The notes under the pieces: model-generated
What the model was told of the DNA's origin: nothing
Databases searched by the model: none
Seen by the model: the letters and a program-made list of their open reading frames with translations, nothing else
Source of the DNA: Crocosphaera subtropica ATCC 51142
GTDB lineage: Bacteria > Cyanobacteriota > Cyanobacteriia > Cyanobacteriales > Microcystaceae
Reading direction: 5' to 3'
NCBI RefSeq assembly: GCF_000017845.1
Contig: NC_010546.1
Location: 930,001-962,000 of the forward strand
DNA: 32,000 nt
Made by a program: the position numbers and the translations under genes
Shown: positions 28,134-32,000 of the stretch, in pieces
How the letters are laid out: each line of letters starts with the position of its first letter
Position numbering within the stretch: position 1 is the stretch's first letter

Positions 28134-28661
28134 TTGTATCAAGGAGATTGTTTAGATTTAATGTTTCATACAGCATCAGATAGTATTGATTTAATTTTTG
28201 CCGATCCTCCATTTAACTTAAGTAAAATATATCCTTCAAAAATAAATGATCAACTCATGGATAGAGATTATTTAAGCTGGTGTGAAACTTGGTTAAAAGA
28301 CTGTATTCGTATTTTGAAACCAGGAGGAAGTTTATTTTTATGGAACTTACCAAAATGGAATACTTATTTATCACAATTTCTGAATCAATATCTTACATTT
28401 CGTCATTAAATAACGGTTGATATTAAATACTCGTTTCCGATTTCAGGACGATTATATCCTTCTCATTACTCTTTACTTTATTACTGTAAAGGAGATAAAC
28501 CTAAAACATTTCACTCAGATAGACTACCTTTAGAAATTTGCTCTAATTGTTATAAAGAACTTCGAGATTATGGTGGATATAAAGATAAGTTAAATCCTCT
28601 AACTCAGTTAGAAAACAAAATCAACATACTAATAATAGTAATCCAAATAAAAATAATGTAG
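28134..28661 (+). pseudogene. beta-class N6-adenine/N4-cytosine DNA methyltransferase remnant (nonsense codon plus loss of the C-terminal SAM-binding half)
   Basis: LYQGDCLDLM...IDLIFADPPFNL (motif IV) ...GGSLFLWN...LTFRH then TAA at 28407-28409. The same frame continues ITVDIKYSFPISGRLYPSHYSLLYYCKGDKPKTFHSDRLPLEICSNCYKELRDYGGYKDKLNP. Similarity ends near 28598 and there is no FxGxG motif. No in-frame ATG lies upstream (open back to 28005), and the only start is TTG at 28134. Confidence 0.7.
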
Positions 28662-28736
28662 TTTTTCAAACAGAATTAGATTTTTCAATCAAAGAAACCT
28701 AAATGTTAATAAGGACGAAAAATTAGCGATCGCAAA

Positions 28737-28833
28737 TTTTGTAGATTGAGTTAAAAAACGAAATCCAATACAACTTATTCTTGTCTTTTACATCTATTGC
28801 TTGGGTTGCACTTTGTTTAACCCAACTTACAAA
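28737..28833. repeat. pair of inverted hairpin repeats (TTGTAnnTTGGGTT...AACCCAA type)
   Basis: Copy A is ttttgtagattgagttaaaaaacgaaatccaatacaa (28737-28773, degenerate). Copy B is ttgcttgggttgcactttgtttaacccaacttacaaa (28798-28833), with a perfect 7-bp stem ttgggtt/aacccaa and in the opposite orientation. Confidence 0.5.
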
Positions 28834-28883
28834 TATCATATATTAAAAGATAAAGTAATTAAGGAATCGGCTCTCCCGTAATT

Positions 28884-29147
28884 ATGGTGATGATTGGAGC
28901 TAAAATGCCATTACTTAATACATCTGAATTACTCTGTTGTGTGAACAGATATGAATCACAACATGAAGAAGCAGTCAACTACCTAGAGTCAACAAACAGA
29001 AATATCACTCATAATTATATTTTAGTCGAATGTGTAGCACTAGCTTTTGTTAAAAAATTTTCTCGTTTACAAACTCTAGAATTTATTTCTGATTTACTTA
29101 AACACCCCGATTCAGATAACTCAACTTTAGCGCAGCCTGGTCTGTAG
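28884..29147 (+). pseudogene. truncated PIN-domain (VapC-like) fragment
   Basis: MPLLNTSELLCCVNRYESQHEEAVNYLESTNRNITHNYILVECVALAFVKKF resembles the N-terminal half of PIN toxins (xxDTSxxxALxxxxDxxHxxA...TSNYVLVETxAL). Asn replaces the first Asp. The ORF ends at 87 aa, and the distal acidic residues are absent. Confidence 0.4.
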
Positions 29148-29227
29148 TGCCGTCGGTTCCATCTCATCAGATTCAAAGAATTAGTTGATGAGTTAACCTA
29201 AAATCAATTAGTATCATAAGAAGCACC

Positions 29228-29256
29228 AACCCATAGGATAAGTGTACCTATGGGTT
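29228..29256 (+). other. perfect 10-bp-stem hairpin upstream of ribF
   Basis: aacccatagg-ataagtgta-cctatgggtt. No T-run follows, so it is not a classical terminator. Confidence 0.45.
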
Positions 29257-29294
29257 ATCTATATGACTAAAATTTTCAGGATAAGGACTTGAAT

Positions 29295-30215
29295 GTGTGG
29301 GTAACATCATCAACTAGCAACGTCATCACGCCAACGGCGATCGCTTTAGGTAATTTTGACGGTATCCATCTAGGACATCGACAAGTGCTTAAACCTATCC
29401 TAGAACTTCAGAAACAATATACTCCCACCATTGTTACCTTTACCCCTCACCCTCAAGAATTTTTTAGCGGCCAAACACGACAGTTATTAACTCCTCTCAC
29501 GGAAAAAGTCAAACTTTTGGAGTCCCTCAACGTTAAACAATTAGTCCGTTTACCCTTTGATCGCAGTTTAGCTTCTCTGAGTCCTCAAGCATTTGTAGAA
29601 GACATTTTAGTGAAGCAGCTTAATGCTAAATATATCAGCGTAGGAGAAGATTTTCGCTTTGGAAAAGGGAGAGCAGGAAATGCCCAAATTTTACAAGAAT
29701 TAGCTCAACAATTTGGAGTCTTTGTTCATATTACTAAGTTACAAACTTGTCTCAATAAAGATGACCCGTTACGGATTAGTAGTTCAAGAATTCGTCAATG
29801 TTTAGCCACGGGAAACGTCAGACAAGCTAAAGAAATGTTAGGTTATTCTTATTCATTAGAAGGAATTGTCGTTAAAGGGCAACAGGTAGGTAGAACCATT
29901 GGTTTTCCTACGGCTAACCTACAAGTTCCTTTAGATAAATTATTACCCCGTCGTGGGGTTTATTGTGTTCGCGCTCTTTTGACCACAGAAGAAGTGGTTA
30001 AGGGCGTGATTAATATTGGTAGTCGTCCTACCGTTAATGGCCAAGTTCCTACAGTGGAAGTTCATTTATTAGATTGGTCAGGAAACTTATATCGAACTTT
30101 TGTAAAAGTTCAGTTAGACAAATTTTTACGTTCTGAACAAAAATTTCCCTCCCTAGATGCACTCAAAAATCAAATTAAACAAGACTGTATCATAGCCCGT
30201 CAGATATTAGAGTAA
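29295..30215 (+). CDS. ribF: bifunctional riboflavin kinase / FMN adenylyltransferase
   Basis: WVTSS..TPTAIALGNFDGIHLGH at the N-terminus, and a C-terminal kinase part (GRTIGFPTANL, VEVHLLD). GTG at 29295 sits 7 nt after AAGGA and is preferred over TTG at 29289. Confidence 0.9.
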   Translation: MWVTSSTSNVITPTAIALGNFDGIHLGHRQVLKPILELQKQYTPTIVTFTPHPQEFFSGQTRQLLTPLTEKVKLLESLNVKQLVRLPFDRSLASLSPQAFVEDILVKQLNAKYISVGEDFRFGKGRAGNAQILQELAQQFGVFVHITKLQTCLNKDDPLRISSSRIRQCLATGNVRQAKEMLGYSYSLEGIVVKGQQVGRTIGFPTANLQVPLDKLLPRRGVYCVRALLTTEEVVKGVINIGSRPTVNGQVPTVEVHLLDWSGNLYRTFVKVQLDKFLRSEQKFPSLDALKNQIKQDCIIARQILE

Positions 30216-30549
30216 TATCATTTACATCGACTAAATTTTGTAACAAGACTCTCACCAATTAGGACGAAACTCAAAGTCTGAACTTATAATATAATTATGC
30301 AGCCACCCATCCTATCTCCTAGAAATAAGTGGTAAGAATCGGTCACGTTTTTTCTGCCTGGAACTTATGAAGATCACTGCTTGGCTGAAGCCTCCCCACT
30401 CAGTAACTACTCAATAATAATCAACGACTGATGTTCCTTTGACTTTTGACACAATATAGTAGGGAGTTTCTGCAAAGAAATCTGCCTAAAAGATTAGTTT
30501 TTGTCGATTTATAGCAACTAATGAATAGATCACGCTTCAGGAGACAGTT

Positions 30550-31623
30550 ATGTACACTTGTCACAATCCACTCCATTGTTATCTTCCACCTTATGTCCTG
30601 AAGAATTTAGCCCAATGTGAAGACCCAGAAATCCGTCGTTTAGCCATTGAAGCTCTCGAAGCATCAGCAGAAGCAAGAGCTATTCGGGCGACAATGGGGG
30701 CCATCGCTACTATCGCCCCCATGTTTTCCTCCACACCCATATCCACTAAAAAGAACCGTTTAGTTTACGACATGGAAGAAAGACGATTTGTCTTACCAGG
30801 TAAATTGGTTCGTCGTGAAGGAGAAGATCCAACCGGTGATTCGGCGGTGGATGAAGCTTATGATCATGCTGGTATCACCTATGACTTTTATAAGCAACGT
30901 TTCAATCGCAACTCTATCGATAATCGAGGGATGGATTTAATTTCTAGTGTTCATGTGGGTCGTCAGTATAATAACGCTTTTTGGAACGGGCGACAGATGG
31001 CCTACGGCGACGGAGATGGCCAAATCTTCATCCGATTTACAAAAGCACTGGATGTAGCTGGCCATGAAATCACTCACGGTGTTATTACCCATGAAAGTAA
31101 TCTAGAATATCAAGGAGAGTCAGGGGCATTGAATGAAAGTTTTGCTGATGTCATGGGGGCTTTAGTACAGCAATGGCATCTAGGTCAAAATGATCCCAAC
31201 ACAGCCGACTGGGATATGGGCGAGCTAATTATGGGATCGAGTCCAGCCACCCGACTACGAACCTTCAAAGCTGAAAAAGCTTACGAAGATGATCCCTACC
31301 TAGGCACTGACCGTCAGCCCAAACACATCAGAGACAAGTACACGGGTCTTGAGGACAATGGTGGGGTCCATATTAACTCCGGCATTCCTAATCATGCGTT
31401 CTATCTCATTGCCTTAGACATAGGCGGACCGAGTTGGGAAAAAGCTGGAAAAATTTGGTACCAAACCCTACGCAATCTTAATTCTCAAAGCGATTTCCAA
31501 GAAGCTGCTGATATGACTTATCAAGTGGCAGGACAACTTTTTGGTAATGGTAGCTTAGAGCAACAAGCGGTTAAACAAGGTTGGGATGGGGTTGGCATTA
31601 ACATCTCCAGTGGTAGTTGGTAA
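30550..31623 (+). CDS. protealysin-like M4 (thermolysin family) metalloprotease, no signal peptide
   Basis: HEITHG (HExxH) plus GALNESFADV (third zinc ligand Glu) and GGVHINSGIPNHAFY. The short N-terminal propeptide carries a PPL-type motif (HCYLPPYVLKNLA). AGGAG lies 7 nt upstream of the ATG. Confidence 0.85.
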   Translation: MYTCHNPLHCYLPPYVLKNLAQCEDPEIRRLAIEALEASAEARAIRATMGAIATIAPMFSSTPISTKKNRLVYDMEERRFVLPGKLVRREGEDPTGDSAVDEAYDHAGITYDFYKQRFNRNSIDNRGMDLISSVHVGRQYNNAFWNGRQMAYGDGDGQIFIRFTKALDVAGHEITHGVITHESNLEYQGESGALNESFADVMGALVQQWHLGQNDPNTADWDMGELIMGSSPATRLRTFKAEKAYEDDPYLGTDRQPKHIRDKYTGLEDNGGVHINSGIPNHAFYLIALDIGGPSWEKAGKIWYQTLRNLNSQSDFQEAADMTYQVAGQLFGNGSLEQQAVKQGWDGVGINISSGSW

Positions 31624-31627
31624 CCAT

Positions 31628-31782
31628 AAGTTAACCTGAGTTCCGAGTTAGACCATTATTGCGGATGGGATCCAACCGTTGCCGCGCGGCGGTTGGAGAG
31701 CGCACCAAGCAAACGAGACAATAGGTGTTTCAGACAAAGAGAGAAGTAGCCTTTGAGCTTATCCCGAACTTAGGTTAAGTTA
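31628..31782 (+). repeat. MITE-like dispersed repeat, copy 3, with a GC-rich hairpin core
   Basis: Terminal inverted repeats are taagttaacctgagttccgag and the reverse complement of cccgaacttaggttaagtta (about 16 of 19 match). The core has an 8-bp stem tccaaccg/cggttgga (31671-31697) around the palindrome ccgcgcgg. Confidence 0.6.
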
Positions 31783-31897
31783 TGGAAAATTATGTTAGTG
31801 AAGACGGCAAGAGAGCTTCTAGCTTACGGAAAAATCCTAAACCAAGCTGTCTCACTATACTTTCAAGACTTAGCCCCTAAAAATTAGGATATTTTCT

Positions 31898-32000
31898 ATG
31901 AAAATTACATTTCGTCAATCAGGAGGATTTGCTGGCTTAATTAGGGGCTGTGAAATCGATACAGCTAACTTATCTGAGTCTGAGGCCGCTTACTTAAAGG
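31898..32000 (+). CDS. emfourin-like protealysin inhibitor (N-terminal 34 codons; continues beyond the window)
   Basis: MKITFRQSGGFAGLIRGCEIDTANLSESEAAYLK. The position downstream of a protealysin-like protease and the SGGFAG start fit my recollection of the emfourin (M4in) family. Confidence 0.55.
   Translation, partial: MKITFRQSGGFAGLIRGCEIDTANLSESEAAYLK

Noticed and set aside
28737-28833. Possible CRISPR repeats.
   Set aside because: There are only two copies. They are in inverted rather than direct orientation, there is no regular spacer architecture, and no cas genes are present.
31655-31710. tRNA or tRNA fragment (ggttggagagcgcacc resembles a D-arm).
   Set aside because: No acceptor stem, anticodon arm or T-loop (GTTCRANYC) can be assembled around it.

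Overview
This looks like a chromosomal segment of an AT-rich cyanobacterium. I counted about 19 copies of the HIP1 octamer GCGATCGC by eye, and the gene content resembles unicellular Cyanothece/Crocosphaera-type genomes, but the genus cannot be fixed from this window. No rRNA, tRNA or CRISPR array was seen.

Most of the window is housekeeping:
- a GT9 glycosyltransferase (partial)
- a CbiG/CobJ fusion, serS, a GNAT acetyltransferase and tldD
- a co-directional panD-HAD run
- two sugar ABC permeases, dacB (PBP4), a host-attachment-family protein and pgeF
- a Uma2 endonuclease, an amino-acid ABC ATPase and fmt
- a B12 riboswitch controlling a HupE/UreJ transporter
- nifJ (pyruvate:ferredoxin oxidoreductase) and ribF
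- a protealysin-like M4 protease followed by the start of an emfourin-like inhibitor

There are three accessory patches:
1. 5.2-7.0 kb holds a decayed PIN toxin-antitoxin module with an IS630-family element inserted next to it. Both the PIN gene and the transposase are interrupted at A9 runs.
2. 8.7-10.7 kb holds an orphan alpha/beta hydrolase, a DUF2281-like gene and a DUF5678-retropepsin fusion packed behind panD-HAD.
3. 26.2-29.2 kb is an AT-rich islet between nifJ and ribF.

The third patch holds the best candidate for an undescribed system. A three-Cys DUF5131 (phage Gp37/Gp68 family) gene and its TcmP partner sit 17 nt apart. TcmP carries RlmJ-like methyltransferase motifs. The pair is divergent from a dead beta-class DNA methyltransferase across an intergenic region with four copies of one 7-mer half-site, and it is flanked by hairpin repeats and a truncated PIN gene.

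A dispersed MITE-like repeat (right arm CGAACTYAGGTTA) occurs three times, each directly after a plus-strand stop codon. One copy splits the protease-inhibitor pair.
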